Positions 26,501 to 40,915 of a DNA stretch of 64,000 bases are shown one piece after another. Origin of the DNA: Mobula hypostoma (taxonomy: Eukaryota). The stretch lies in assembly GCF_963921235.1 (NCBI RefSeq), contig NC_086097.1, positions 228,162,001 to 228,226,000 on the forward strand, written 5' to 3'. The first letter of the stretch is position 1; every line of letters starts with the position of its first letter. The notes under the pieces are model-generated. The model ran no database searches and was not told the origin of the DNA. It saw nothing but the letters and a program-made list of their open reading frames with translations. The translations under genes were made by a program, and so were the position numbers.

Positions 26501-26675
26501 AGTGGCAACGATGCTATTAGTTTTAAGGAATGTAATTGAACACTACTTAGCACATTGTCTATGAATGTCAGAATGAAAGGAATTTTACATGGTTTCTTCT
26601 TGCAAATATCTTTATATTATAAATAAAGTTAATTTTGATTTTTAAAAACTCTAACCTGTTGTCCCTCTTTATTAG

Positions 26676-26755
26676 AAGGGGATGCTGAAAAAGAAACACA
26701 GACAACAAACCAACCTTCTGGATCTCAGGAGATACAAGAAAAGAGCGAAAGCTAA
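26676..26755 (+). CDS. PKIA: PKIA coding exon 2
   Basis: Acceptor ctaac..ccctctttattag; phase-1 join gives EGDAEKETQTTNQPSGSQEIQEKSES*; 151+80 nt = 76 aa plus stop, ending KSES as PKIA does. Confidence 0.9.
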
Positions 26756-28790
26756 TCTGTCTGAAGCTTCTAGAACTTGCTGATTCTACTCAACATCTGA
26801 GTTCCCCGAAGTCATCAGAGGTCACATGGAGAGAACATTAAGAAACTGGAAAATGAGTACCTTAGAAAGTGGGCACTTAGCATATAGACCATTTATAGTG
26901 TGGACTGAATATAACACAAAATGCAAAATGGATTCTATCTTCCTCTTTCTCAATGGTTGAAGAGTTGTTGAACTGAACAGTTTAAAACAAAATGTGATTT
27001 ATGAGTCAATTACATCTGCAATTAGCTTTAGGAGGAGGATGGAACTGATTAATTATCCATTCTGGTTGTTACAGTGTGTCAGTTGGTCAAGACAGAATAT
27101 CCTATCACATTTAAGAAAAATAAAGATTTGATGATCTATAGAGGAACACAGGTGGACTATATAAGCCCTATAGTTGGGAATTGTAAAATGGTTTTTATTT
27201 GATTATTGGAGGTGACCAGAAGTAATGCTTTGCTGATGCCCGAGTGCACTCAATCCTGTTTATCTGAATGCATGTCAACTAGAGAGTGTGTTTGGTCAAA
27301 TGTAGTGAAAAGGATAGAACTTCTGTAATATAACCGATCTATTTGGTACTTGCAGTAATTACTTGTAAAAGATTTGCTTTAAAGTCCTTGGTGTTGTAAA
27401 GAATTTCCAACAGATTATTAAGTGTCAAAATTCACCACATTGGAAAGTCGGTCTCTAGGAACGTTGTAGTTTATTGTAAATCAATCGTCACTTTTATAAG
27501 CTAAGCATTCCCAGAGACCAATAACTTGATTATCTTATTTGTAAAATATTCCTTCATCTCAAACAAAACCAGAGTTTGTGGAGAGCAAAATTGTATTGGA
27601 AGAATAACTTCTGCCCACGATCATTTTGTCAGAGCCAATTCAAATATTAAAATGTGGTGATAATACAAACCGAACATTGCATGTGTATTTATCAATACTT
27701 CCACAGGATTAACTCTTTACATCGGCATAGCTCTTTACGTGCTTTCAATGGAATGTCTCTCAGTAACAACCTACTTACATATAGTGCTATTTTGATCCTT
27801 AATCTGACAAATTGTGATTCTCTTCACATATTTATTAATTAATGCACAAATTGATTAACTAAGCTCCTTTTTATTTCCATTAGTAATCCTGTTGCAAAGT
27901 CAGAAGCTATCCCTTGAATAAGTAAATATGTTGCTCTCCAGCAAACTTAAAAGGAAAATGTACATCACATTTCTAGACTTTTAAAGATCATTTTCCCCCA
28001 AGATGCAAGTAATTATGTACTTTTAGAGCTTTGTAAACCTTTGATACACTTTCTGTATTTCTTTTATATATGTCAACCATTTGAGATTATGAAGTATAGT
28101 TTTATTGAAGACATGACATACTGTTTGCAAATTAAGTGTGTCAATTAACCTTGAACAAACATCATGTTGTGAAATGTGTGGCTTAATTCAAAGTTTTAAT
28201 TCTTCTAATTGCATTTTAATCGCTGATCATTTTCAATACTCCATAGAAGTATAAGATATTATTCACGAATAAATAAAGCTTTGCACTGTTATCTAAATAA
28301 CTATCGTTATGCGGTTAAGAGGAGACTTTGCATTGGTCTTCTGTTGAAGAGGTGATGAACAAAAAAATACAAATTAATGAAGTAGTTGAAGACCCAAGTC
28401 TCTTGAAGGGCATTGTTTGTCAATATGAAAACTTGTATTTTTGATTTCTTTTGATTTAAAGACTAAACCTGTGGATATTATACTTCAGTTTTTATCAGTG
28501 AAATATCCAATGTTTGACTCACTTTTGTATATATTTTAGCACCCCTTTATATTTTAAAATATTCTTTTAAACAATTTAAAATTTGTTATGTAATTGTGAT
28601 CCAGAGGACATATCAAATATTTTTAGAAGTCTTTCAGTGGATGTACATTTTTACTCAGTCTTTCTAATGAGATCAGAATTAACCAGATGGAATGGTGTAA
28701 AATGGACAATTTGCTGTTCAGACTGTTGTTACACATCTCTCCTGATTTTCATTTACACTGAAGTCAATAAAAGTGAAAATTGAAGGATAT
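26756..28790 (+). other. PKIA: Probable PKIA 3' UTR with candidate poly(A) signals
   Basis: AT-rich, repeat-free stretch after the stop; AATAAA at 28268, 28272 and 28766; true end unknown. Confidence 0.55.
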
Positions 28791-30112
28791 GCATAAGGGG
28801 CAGCTGATTTCACGTCATAGCCAAAGTTAAAATGGTCCTTGATATCTTGCAGTGAATTCAATTCATGGGAAATGAGAAAAAGCAATTGGAGAAAGCAGTT
28901 ACCAGCTGCTGGTGATTGTATGTTTGGTATTCTGTGTGTATTTTCATGAAATAAATTTGCACTTGTGCTTATAAATGTGAAAATATGTTTGCAGCTTCCT
29001 GCGGCTGACATAAATCTCAGCCTCTTTGCGCTATCTCCAGACCTCAAAAATCTGGCAGAGTGCTCTGAAAGTATGGGTAATCCATTGCCACAAATCAATC
29101 AGTGCAGTAAAAATGGTGCTCTGCAAGTCGAAATACAAATAAGAAAAAAGTTAATTTTCCTCTGAGCATGGTGCTCTACGATTAATCTTTTACACAATCA
29201 TTTCACTGTGTACTTTTAACATGGTGGCTTGCATTGGCTTCGTGAGTGGCGTCCAAGCTGCGTCATTGACCAGTTTGCGCAATGACATCAACTGACTGTG
29301 ACATTGGTTTATTATTGTCACGTACCAAGATACAGTGAAACGCCTGTTTTGCATATTGTTTATACAGATTAGTTCATTACACAGCGCAATGAGCTAGAAT
29401 AAGATAAAACAATAATGCTGCAAAATAAAGTGTAAGAGCTACTGAAAAAGTGCAATGCAGGTAAACGATAAAGTGCAACATCAAAATGAGGTAGATTGTG
29501 AGGTCAAGAGTCTATCTTATAAAAAGTCCGCTCAACAGTGTGATAAGAGCAGGATAGGAGCTGCCCTTGAGCCTGGAGATATGTGCTTTCAGACTTTTTG
29601 AATCATTTACCCGATGGAGGAGAGGGGAGCAGAGAGAATATCTTGGGTGGGTGGAGTTCTTGATTATGCTGATTGCCTTACCGAGGCTATGAGAAGTATA
29701 GCCAGAGTCCATAGAAGGGAAGCTGGTTCCCGAGATGAACTGAGCTATGACCAGAACTCTGCGCTTTCTTGCAGTCACATGCACAGCAGTTGCCATACAA
29801 AGCCGCAAATCTTGAAAAACTATCTTTTGAATCGATTTGTACATTTCCTTTGACAATAATAACATTATATTTATTTTTCAAAATCGATGGCTTCAACAGG
29901 ATATCATTGGCAATGTAAGGGGAGGCATTAATGTAATGTCTGTTTACATTAAGAGGAACTGCAGTAGAACTCAGTGTGACTTGAGGAAATTGGATGGAGA
30001 TTCAGACTTTGTTTCTTCAACAATGCCTTGACTGTGTTGAATCGGAAAGGTGCAAGAAGGAGATGATACCTTTTGATGAAGAGGGGCATGAGCTGTGCCC
30101 ATCTGTCTCCAC

Positions 30113-30512
30113 CATAGTCATAATCATACTTTATTGATCCCGGGCGAAATCGGTTTTCATTACAGTTGCTCCATAAATAATAAATAGTTATAGAACCATA
30201 AATAGTAATATGTAAATTATGCCAGTAAATTATGAAATAACTCCAGGACCAGCCTATTGGCTCAGGATGTCTGACTTTCCAAGGGAGGAGTTGTAAAGTT
30301 TGATGGCCACAGGCAGGAATGACTTCCTATGCCGCTCAGTGCTACATCTTGGAGGAATGAGTCTCTGGCTGAATGTACTCCTGTGCCCACCCAGTACATT
30401 ATGTAGTGGATGGGAGATATTGACCAAGACGGCATACAGCTTAGACAGCATCCTCTTTTCAGACACCACCATCAGAGAGTCCAGTTCCATCCCCACAACA
30501 TCACTGGACTTA
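30113..30512 (-). mobile_element. Rex1/Babar LINE 3' fragment (same family as 52921-54283)
   Basis: GMELDSLMVVSEKRMLSKL..PRCSTERHRKSFLPVAIKLYN; tail cccgggatcaataaagtatga. Confidence 0.9.
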
Positions 30513-31019
30513 CGAATGATGTTCCATCACTCCAAAACTCACTGCAATGCAATGTTAATAAGAACAAAGAAAATATTAGCTCAGTCAGAAAGATATGGGC
30601 AAACTATAAAGGGAGGACGTGTTTCCTTTAGCCCACGGACCCCTCAGTTAATGGTAGGGGTTCATGGCATAACAAAAGTTTGGGAACCCCTACTTTAGAT
30701 GTTCTCAGAGGAAAAACACTTCTCTGTTGGAAAATTTTTATTACAATGCTTGAACTGAGCAATTAGCCAGATTTCTCAAAAGGGGTAGCTTAATATACTG
30801 ACATATAAACTCATGAATTAAGAAACATCAATTTTAATCAAGCTAAATTATTTCTTCAGATTATTTCATTGCCATCCACTATGATTAACACAGCCTCTCA
30901 CCCATGCTATTGTTAGTGGGTGCAGGAGGTATACTTGTGATGACTAACCTTGGACAAATGCAAAGATAAAATAATCCGAAAAATTTCCAAACTCAAAATT
31001 TGAGGCAACACAGAAGCAT

Positions 31020-32480
31020 AAAGTCTGAGTCTGGCCCTGTGGCTCAGAGGAGAAGAGGGAAGAAGAGAAGAGAAGTGCTAGGGGATTCCATAGTTAGAGG
31101 AGCAGACAGGAGATTCTGTCGATGTAAAAGAAACAGCGGAATGGTATGTTGTCTTCCAGCTGCCAGGGTCAGGGATGTCTCCAGCCAGATCCACAGCATT
31201 CTAAAGGAGGAAGGTGAACAGCCAGAAGTCATGTTACATATTGTTACTAACGACAAAGGTAGGGAAAGGGATGAGGTCCTTAAGAGAGAATATAGGGAGT
31301 TATGTAGAAAGCTGAAAAGCAGGACCTCAAGCGTATAATTCCTGGACTGATAGATGGAAAGAGATGAGATAGAATGTAAAATATAGCGTCCTTATTGGTG
31401 GAGTTAGGCTAAAAAGACCCTGATGGGAGTTATATAAAGACTTCCAAATAACAGCCAGGATATGGAGTACAAATTACAATGGGAGATAGAAAAGGCATGA
31501 AAAAAGGTCAGTGTTACTATAGTTGTGGAGGATTTTAAATATGCAAGTAGATTGGGAAAATCAAGTTGTTGCTCTATTCCAGTCATTCCCAGCGGGGGCG
31601 ATTACATGTCCTAAGGGGGCATCAGGACAGTCAAGATTCTTGCGGGGGGGGGGCACGATAAGTTCCCTGGTCTTCAGAGAAGAGCCAAGCTGCCCTTCAT
31701 TACATTTCTATCCTCCTACCTTGTTGAAAGAGGCTTCAGTGTTGTGAACTACATACTCACAAAAAGCAGAAACTCCTTGGACATTGTTACATGTGGACAC
31801 TTAAGGCTTTTGCTCCCACTACTTGAACCAGATGTTTCAACTCTTGCTAAGAACCACATTGATATGAAAGCTGTTGTACGGCGCCCAGGTACTATGTAAG
31901 CTAAGATTAAAGACAAATAAAAAATTAAAGCAGAACCATTTTTCACATGTTAGCATATGGTATTCATGTTTTTACACAATGGTGGAGCTGGAAAGTATAT
32001 TGTGCCTAAGAGCATTGTCAAGTATGAAGGTGCTTTAGGGAGGGTGTTGGCAGGTATGAAAGTACTTTATGGGGGCATTGGGCTAAAAAAGGTTGGGAAA
32101 CACTGCTCTATCCCAAGCGAGGGAATTTGTAGAATGACTACAAAATGGCTTTTTTTGGAGCAGCTTGTGGTTGAGTCCACTAAGGAAAAGGCAATTCTGG
32201 ATTCAATCTTCTATCATGAACCAGATTTGATTAGGGAGCTTAAGGTAAAGAAACCCTTAGGAGAAATGATCATAATATCAGTTACCAAGAATTAGTATTA
32301 CAGTGGCCTAAAGGGAATTACAGAGGCATGAGCTGTCCAAAGTTGATTGGAAGGGAGCATTAGCAGGGATGATGGTGGAGTAACAACGGCTAGTCAGAAG
32401 GTGAAAGATAGATAATTCCCAAAGGATAAGAAATATTATAAAGGGAGGATGAGGCAACATTGGCTGACACGGAAAGTCAG
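31020..32480 (+). mobile_element. Fragmented CR1 (ORF1 esterase and endonuclease pieces)
   Basis: GDSIVRGADRRFC..CLPAARVRD; later FLEQLVVESTKEKAILD; unrelated sequence in between. Confidence 0.75.
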
Positions 32481-32854
32481 GGACTTGATTTCATTTTTTA
32501 CCACCTCCTCTGCCTATCTGCCTGTCCTTTTGATTCAGTGTGTATCCTTTGATGTTAAGCTCCTAACTATGATCTTCTTTCAGCCACAATTCAGTGACAC
32601 ACACATCATACCTGTGAACCTTAAACTGCGCTACTGGATATTCTATTTATTCTCTATACTGCATGCATTCAAATATTTTTGATTTTGCTCCCACATTACA
32701 TTTAACTCATCCCATTAATTGTAATTTTGGCCAATCATCTGCCTGTCCCTCCTCATAGTCTCATTACACACTGCATCTACTTGTATAACAACTGTCCCAT
32801 CCTCAGCCTTATCACTCTGGTTCCCATCCTCAAAGATGAATCCTTCAATTCTCA

Positions 32855-33760
32855 GCATTATGCCTATGACTGTGAGGGTAAGTTAGGCTCACTCACTTTA
32901 ATTAAGGTTGCTGATGACACCAATGTTGTTGGCCCAGTCATAGGTGGCAATGAATCAACATATAGGAGAGAGATTGAACATCTTACTGAATGGTGCCACA
33001 GCAACAACCTCCCGCTCAACGTCAACAAAACCAAAGAGCTGTTTATCGACTGTAGAAGGAGAAAACTGAAGGTCCATGAGCCATTCCTCATTGGAGGATC
33101 AGCTGTGGAGATGGTCAATAACTTTAATATCCCAGCGTTATCATTCCACACACTCGCCACCCTCTGGCTAAAGAAACATCTACTCACTTCTGTTCGAAAG
33201 GGGCATACTACTTCTATTCTGAGGTTGTGCCCTCTGGTCCTAGACTTTCTGATGCTAAGAAGCATCCTCTTCACTTCTACTCTACCTTGGCCTTTCAATA
33301 TTTAATTAGTTTCAATGAGAACACCCATCATTCTTCTAAACTCCAGTGAATACAGGCCCAGAGCCATCAAATATTCCTCATAGGCTAACCCTTTCATTTC
33401 CAGGATCATTCTCATGAGCATCTCCAATGGCACCACATCCTTTCTTAAATAAGGGGCTCAAAACTGCTCACAGTACTTCAAATGCAGTCTGGCCGTTGTC
33501 TTATGAAACCTCAGCATTACATCTTTGTTTTTGTATTCTCATCATCTCCAAATATATGCTAATATTATATTTGCCTTCTTATTACTAACTCAACCTGCAA
33601 GTTAACCTTTACTCCCAAGTCTCTTTGCACCTCAAATTGCTCCCCATTTAGAAAATTGTCTATGCCTTTATTACTTCTATCAAAGTGCATGACAATACAC
33701 TTCCCTACATCGTATTCCACCTGTTACTTCTTTGCTCATTCTCCTAATCCATCCAAGTCA
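32855..33760. mobile_element. Rex/L2-type RT fragment (+, ~32855-33135) abutting a CR1 fragment (-, ~33140-33760)
   Basis: KVADDT..WCHSNNLPLNVNKTKEL; minus strand SRTRGHNLRI..FFSQRV. Confidence 0.7.
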
Positions 33761-34479
33761 GAGGAGGCGTTGCAGAAAACCTTATCATTGATGCAAATAC
33801 AACAGAGATTGGGAAAATATGAATGGTGTCCTTACAGATGTAAGGGTGGAAGGAAGCACAGTCTAGATACCCGTGGGTGTCTGTAGGCTTGTCATTGATG
33901 TTTGTGATTAACCTAACATGAGATGGAGATGGACTCTTGCTGGAAGAACTAGGGATGGACCACATGAAGGTGAGGTCAGTGTGGAGACTGGCAGCAAAAT
34001 TGAGGTTTCCCTTTGTATTTTGAACAAAACCAATAATTCCGCAGCCCTGCCGCCATCTGCTCTTTGTCGGCTCACCTGCCTTTCCCTCCTAGCAACAGGC
34101 AGTAACCATTTTGCTGAGTGTCACTGAGTTAAGGATGGCGAAGAGAGGACAAGCATTTTCAACCCTTCATTGTCAGTCTGCAAGCCCTTGTCGGTAGCTG
34201 CATCCATTTATGTGCTTGTCACACTTGACACTCCAAGCTGGTCTCCATTATATCAGCGCAAAGTCATGTGAAATCGTGCCAGCCTGGTGTGAAGCAGACT
34301 TCTCAAATCTCAGCAAGTGTGCACAGTGTAGGTGGGATGCCTGCCAATACATTATGTTCTTTGCTGCAGCTCCAACACGATCTGGTTATTGACAGCCCTG
34401 ACATGTAGCAACAAGGAAGCGTCTGGAACTGAAATATACTGGCTGATTGGGTGGTGTCAATGCTGGTTTAAAAGATGAC

Positions 34480-36090
34480 ATGTAGCGCTCTTTCTGATGT
34501 GTGTACCAACTTTAGGCTTTTCATCAACACCAAAAAGACTGAAGTAATGCTAGTTCCAGGGAAATCATATGTCAAGGCAAAGTTGAAGTACATTTATTAT
34601 CAAAGAATGTATACTTAATACAACCTTGAAATTTGTCCTCTTACAGGGAGCTACAAAACAAAGGAATCCAACAGAACCCATTAACACCAAAGAAGACCGT
34701 CAAACACCCAACATGCAGACAAAAGAAAAGGAAAAAAAAACTGCAAACAATAAAAATAAGCAAATAGCATTCAGAACTGAAGTTCACAAAAGTGAGTCCA
34801 CACTGTGAGGTTTGCAGGCCTCGGCCACAGCTCGGTGCAGAGATGAGTAAACCTTGCAGAGTAACGAGTTGAAGTTCAGCAATGGAGACCAGTGAACCTC
34901 GCGAAGCAGTGATTGGAACCAGCCCATGCCTCACCTCTGGCCCTGACACCTTGTCATGTTCAATCTGGGCCAGTGCTTAAATCATCCAGAGCTTGCTCTC
35001 AGACCCAGACCTTGCCACTTTGATACGCTCTCGGGCCGGTGCCCCACTGCCTCAATTCAACCAGTACCCAACTTTTCCAACTTGGCTCAGTGCTTAAATC
35101 GATCAAACCTCGGGTATTTCCTTGCTCTCAGGCCTGGGTCCAGGCCCCAGCACCTTGACTCTGGATTGCTTCCATTTGCCACACCTCAGTTAGTTAGAAT
35201 CTAATTGCCTCCAAGTTTGCTCCAGGAATGGCCAAACATTGGCTCATTCTCTGCTCTCCAGCCCAGACCCCACCACCTCAATTTGGCCCATGTACATCAC
35301 GCCACAGCCACCTTACGCCTTTGAGGCTTCAGTTCCCACTGCATCATAAAGGTGATTCGAAAGCTCAACTCCAACAGGGAAGTTGAGCCAAACATCACAA
35401 CCAATGGCCAAAGACTCAACCCAGTGAACAGTTCACATATCCTGGCAGCACACTGTCGCACAGCATAGTCATTGATAATGAAGTAAACACCAGGAACTCC
35501 AAAGCAAGTGCGCTCTTTGGCTGACTTTATACCAATGTCCGGAACAGAAGAGGCGTAGTTCTGCAGATGAAGCTGAAGCTGCGTTGGGCCAAGGTTCTTA
35601 CCCCTCTGCTTTACATCTGCGAAACATGTACGGTATTCCAATGGCATGCCAAGAAACTGAACCATTTCCATACAGTCTGCCTCAGAAAGCTCCTCAACAT
35701 TAAGTAGCAAGACAGATCCCTGTACTTAACCAGGCAGTCCTGCCCGGTATCTACTCCATCCTGATGCAATCACAGTTACACGGGACGGGCATTGTAGCTT
35801 GTACGTCAGACCATCGACTGCCTGAGAGACAGCTTTACGGCAAACTACAGAATGGAAACCAAAGAAAATGCTATAAAGACATCCTGAAAACTTCATTAAA
35901 AGCCATTGGCATTAACCCAGACAGGTGTGAACATATCGCCCAGAATCGTGGCTGCCACCACACAGTGTGGAATCCACAGTGCCAAAGACCTTTTACCTGG
36001 CCTCTTCCAGCCATCTGTGTACCCACAGACCCGTCCAGCCCCTACACATTTCAGATGACCAGAGTGGTTCTCATTGTTGCATGATGGACG
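34480..36090 (+). mobile_element. Degraded RTE/BovB-like LINE, interrupted by an insert (~34580-35300)
   Basis: INTKKTEVM near 34525; LNHFHTVCLRKLLNIK; DHRLPERQLYGKL..QRKCYKDILKTSLK. Confidence 0.7.
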
Positions 36091-38749
36091 AGCATCTTCA
36101 AAAGATGATACCTCATAAAGACTCCATCCATCATTAACGATCCCCACCACCAAGGACATGCCCTCTTCTCATTACTACCATCAGAGAGGAGGTACAGGAA
36201 TCTGAAGACACACACTCAACATTTTTGGGAACATAGTATATAACTCTTAAAATATATAGTAGATTCCAGTTAATGGGGACACATCAGGACCAGTACATTT
36301 TGACACAAGCAGCTCCCCAGTTATCCAAAGTTTCAAGGAAATAATTTTAAAAAGACATACTACCATTTAATGAGTAATAAATTATGTACTGAAGTGAAAT
36401 ACAGAACAAATAAGAATACTATCAATATTACTACAGTACTATAGAACGAAGTATTAGTTCCTAATAGTTATCAACAGTCAAATTCATACGGAGTATGCTG
36501 TGGTATTCTTTTGATTAATTGTAAATGAACAAAACCAGCACAGACACCTAGTGCAGATCATGGACTGCCTTCACTGCCTTCCTGCATAAAGTAGTGCCAA
36601 AAATCGCTGCCTTTTAATTCAGCGTTGGTCAGTCCAAATGAATAACTTAATGCAAGCATATGCAACTGACACTATTTTAAAACCTGTTTGCTCCGAGCAC
36701 AGTGTAGCGCCTAATAGCCACACAAGTGCAGGCAACTGACACTAGATGGAAACTATTGCATCCTCCAACTCTTCATTTTCATTGTAACATTCAAGATGAT
36801 TGTCCATACCTTCAAATCCTTCGTAGTTCCTATATATAGTAATTCAATAGAAGGAGCTCTATTATGTTAGGAATTGGCGGAGATTTTGTATGTCATCAAA
36901 GCCTCCTCCAAATTTCTATAGATGTATGGAGGAGAGCATTCAGACTGGTAGCAACACTGCCTGGACCAATGCACAAGACCTAAATAAGCTGCAGAGGGTT
37001 GTCGACTCAGCCAGTTCCATCACGAGTCCCAACCCTTGCCACCAATGAGGATATCTTCAAGAGGTGGAGCCTCAAAAAGGCGGCATGTATTATGAAAGAC
37101 CTTTACCATCCGGGACATGCCCTCTTCTTCTTACTGCCATTGAGGAGGAGGTACAGGGACCTGAAGACCCATACTCAATGATTCTGAAACAGCTTCTTCC
37201 CCTCCACCATCAGATATCTAAATGGTCCAAGAAAACACTACCTCATTATTCCTTTTATTGCAGTATTTATTTATGTTCATAATTTATAGATTTTTACGCT
37301 TTTGCTCTGTACTTCTACTGCAAAACAATATTTTTCACACCATATGACAGTGATAATAAATTTTGATTCTGATCAACAATGATCAGAATTTGGTAAATTT
37401 GCTTGGACAATTTAAGCGCTAGCCCAGAAAGACTGGAAGCCAGGGTGGCAGGTATGGAGCCAATGGTCGCGCTGATTTCACTCGCTCTCCCACGAATGTT
37501 CATTCCTTTCTCTGCAGCGATGAGGCTGTGAACTAATCGGACTGTCGTGTGTTTCTGCCCCACTGGTGTGAAAACTAGGGCCCGAGGCTTGGCTTTGGGC
37601 CTACTCCAGCTGCTCTGGGAGCAGATACAGGACTCAGTCTGGTTTGGAATGCTGTTGGCCGGCTTCTATCATTTGCACAATGTGTTTATCTTTCTCTCTT
37701 TTTCCCTGCACAGTGGTTTTTGCTTTTTTTTAATTTTTTAATTGGGTTATTCGAGTTTCTTGCTTTGTGGCTGCCTATAAGCAGACAAATTTCAAAGTGA
37801 ATAATTTATACATTCTTTTATAATAAATGTGTTTTGATTCTTTGAATCCTTGGATTCTGATCCAGCCCCTGTATCCAGATGAATTGAACTGGGAATGTCC
37901 TGTGCTCTGCAGTATAGACTCCATACTACCGTAACTTCCACATTTAGAAAACCTAACTCCTGTTATTGGTCCCACCGCAGTGTATCTAAACTGATTCATG
38001 ATTTTATTAGATGAAACACAGACTCAATTTGTATACAGCAAGCTCCCAAAGCCAACAACATTTTAATGATTCTGACGAGCATATATCAATGTAACTACAG
38101 TGAAATTGCTGGAAGAATATCAAATCTATGAAACAAGATTTGCAGTAGGATATGTGGGTGTGGCAGGTCATATTAATGTGAGGTGAATCCTCAGGAACTC
38201 CATGAGTGAGGAAGCATTGTGGAGGAAAATGTCTGTTCCTGGCCTTCTTCAAAGCCAACTAGAAGAATAGCACCACATCTTCCACCTGGTAAGTTGACAA
38301 CTCAATGGAATCAGCATTGAATTCTCCAGTTTCAGGTAATCTGCTCTCGCCAATAAATCTCTCCTTTCTTCTGATCTACCCACATTCTCTAATACATACC
38401 CTTCTTTTCTAACCCACTGACCCGAGTCCTGTATCACATAGTTTCTTTCTCCTGTCCCACATACCCCATCTGCCCATCACCTACACACTCCTCCACTAGG
38501 TCCCTTCCCCCTAATGTTCCCCATTTGCCTGACATACCTCCCTTACTTGCAGTGACAAGCAACGTGCTGGAGGAACTCAGCAGCTCGGACGGTGTCTGTG
38601 GGAGATCATAACATATAGGAGTAGAACTAGGCCACCCAGCCCATAGAATCTGCTCAATCATTCCATCATAGTTGATTTCTTATCCCTCTCAAACCCGTTC
38701 TCCCGCCTTCTCTCTATAGCCTTTGACATGCTGACTAATCAAGAAGCTA

Positions 38750-39160
38750 TATAATAGGCTGAGTGAGCTTGGCCTTTTTCCCTTGGAGCGACCGAGGTGA
38801 CCTGATAGAGGTGTATAAGATGATGAGAGCCATTGATCCTGTGGATAGTCAGAGGCTTTTTCCCAGGGCTGAAATGGCTAGCATGAGAGGGCACAGGTTT
38901 AAGGTGCTTGGAAGTAAGTACAGAGGAGATGTCAGGCTTAAGATTTTTACGCAGAGAGTGGTGAGTGCGTGGAATGGGCTGCCGGCGACGGTGGTGGAGG
39001 CGGATACAATAGGGTCTTTTAAGAGACTCCTGGACAGGTATAAGGAGCTCAGAAAAATAGAGGGCTATGGGTAACCCTAGGTAATTTCTAAGGTAAGGAC
39101 ATGATCAGCACAGCTTTCTGGGCCGAAGGGCCTGTATTGTGCTGTGGGGTTTCTATGTTT
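38750..39160 (+). mobile_element. CR1 3' fragment nested in an opposite-strand CR1 remnant (~38610-39720)
   Basis: RGDLIEVYKMMR..RGHRFKV..FTQRVVSAWNGLP; tail ggccgaagggcctgt..ttctatgtttcta. Confidence 0.85.
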
Positions 39161-39726
39161 CTATTAAACTCTGCTTAAACATAACTAATGACTTGACCTG
39201 CACCACCATCTGTGGTAATGAATTCTACTTATTCATTATCGCTCTGGCTAAAGCAATTCCTCTTCATTTCTGTTCTAAATGGATGTCTCTCTACTCTGAG
39301 GCTGTGCTCTCTGGTGCTAGGCTCACCCACTGCAGGAAACATCTCCACATCCACACTATCTAGGCATTTCAATATCAATAGGTTTCAATAAGATCCCTTT
39401 CATTTTTCTAAACTCCAGCAAGTACAGGCCTAGAACCATTAAATTCTCCTCATACACTAACCTTTCATTTCCAGACTAATTTTTGTGGACTTTTTCTGTG
39501 GACCTATTGTGCACCCTCTCCAATGTCAGAAACTCTTTTCTTAGATAAGGGGCGCAAACTGCTCACAAAACTCCAAGTGCTGTCTGGCCATTGCCTTATA
39601 AAGCCTTGGCATACATCCTTGCTTTTATATTCTAGTGCACTTAAAATGAAGGCTAACATTGCATTTGCCTTCCTCACCATCAACTCAACCTGCAGGTTAA
39701 CCTTTGGGGAATCCTTTGCATCTCTG

Positions 39727-40915
39727 AAGCAACACACACAAAATGCTGGAGGAACTCAGCATGCCCGGCAGCATCTATGGAAAAGAGTCAACATTTGATC
39801 TTTTGGGCTGAGACCCTTTGGCAGGACTGGAAAGGAAGGGAGAAGTCAGATTAAGAAGGTAAGAGGAGGGGAGGAAGAAGAACGTGGCAGGTGATTGGTG
39901 AAACCAGGAGAGGGGGAGGGGCAGAAGTAAAGAGCTGAGAAGCGGATTGGTGAAAGAGATAAAGGGCTGGAGGTGAGCGAATCTGATAGGAGGAGACAGA
40001 AACCATGGAAGAAAGGAAAGGGGAAGGAGCACCTTCCTAAGAGTGGTGATGGCCAGGTAAGGAGATAAGGTGAGAAAGGGAAGAAGGAATGGGGAATGGT
40101 GAAGGAGACTGGGAAGATGCAATTACCAGAAATTTGAGAAATCAATGTTCCTGCTATCAGATTGGATGCTACTTAGGTTGAATATAAGGTGTTGCTCCTC
40201 CAGCCTGAGTGTAGCCTAATCGTGGCAGTAGCAGATGCCAAAGACTGACATGTCGGAATGGGATTGGGAAGCAGTATTGAAATGGATGGCCACCAGGAGA
40301 TCCCACTTTTTGTGGCTGACGGAACAAAGGTGCTCAGTGAAGTGGTCTCCCAATCTACGTCGGGTCTCACCGACATACAGGAGGACACACTGGGAGCACC
40401 AGATGCAGTAGATGACCTCAACAGACTCACAGGTGAAATGTCGCCTCACCTGGAAGGACTGTTTGGGGCCCTGAGCGGTAGTGAGGGAGGAAGGTGCAGG
40501 GGCAGGTGTGGCACTTGCTCCGTTTGCAAGGAGAGATACCAGGAGGGAGATAAGTGGGGAGGGATGAGTGAACATGGGAATTGCATAGGGAGCAATCTCT
40601 GCAGAAAACAGAAATTAATGGGGAGGGAATGATGTGCTTGATGGTGGGATCCAGTTGGAGATGGGTGAAGTTACAGAGTATTATGTGCTGCAGGTGGAGG
40701 CTAGTGAGGTGGTAGGTGAAGACAAGAGGAACGTTATCTCTGGTGTGGCGGCAGGAGGATGGGGTGAGGGCTGGTGTGTGCGAAATCAACCGCATGCGGG
40801 TGAGGGCAGCATTAATGGTGGAGGAAGAGAAGCCTTTTCTTTGAAGGAGGAGGATATCACAGTTGTTTTGGAATGAAAAGCTTCATTTTGAGAACATATG
40901 TGGCAGAGACAGAGC
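39727..40915 (-). mobile_element. Penelope-like element fragment with GIY-YIG endonuclease
   Basis: FTCESVEVIYCIWCSQCVLLYVGETRRRLGDHFTEH; upstream VPLVFTYH; 3' repeat with degenerate hammerhead. Confidence 0.9.

Noticed and set aside
29837..30031. FQNR motif reminiscent of a homeodomain
   Set aside because: No other homeodomain residues; chance match
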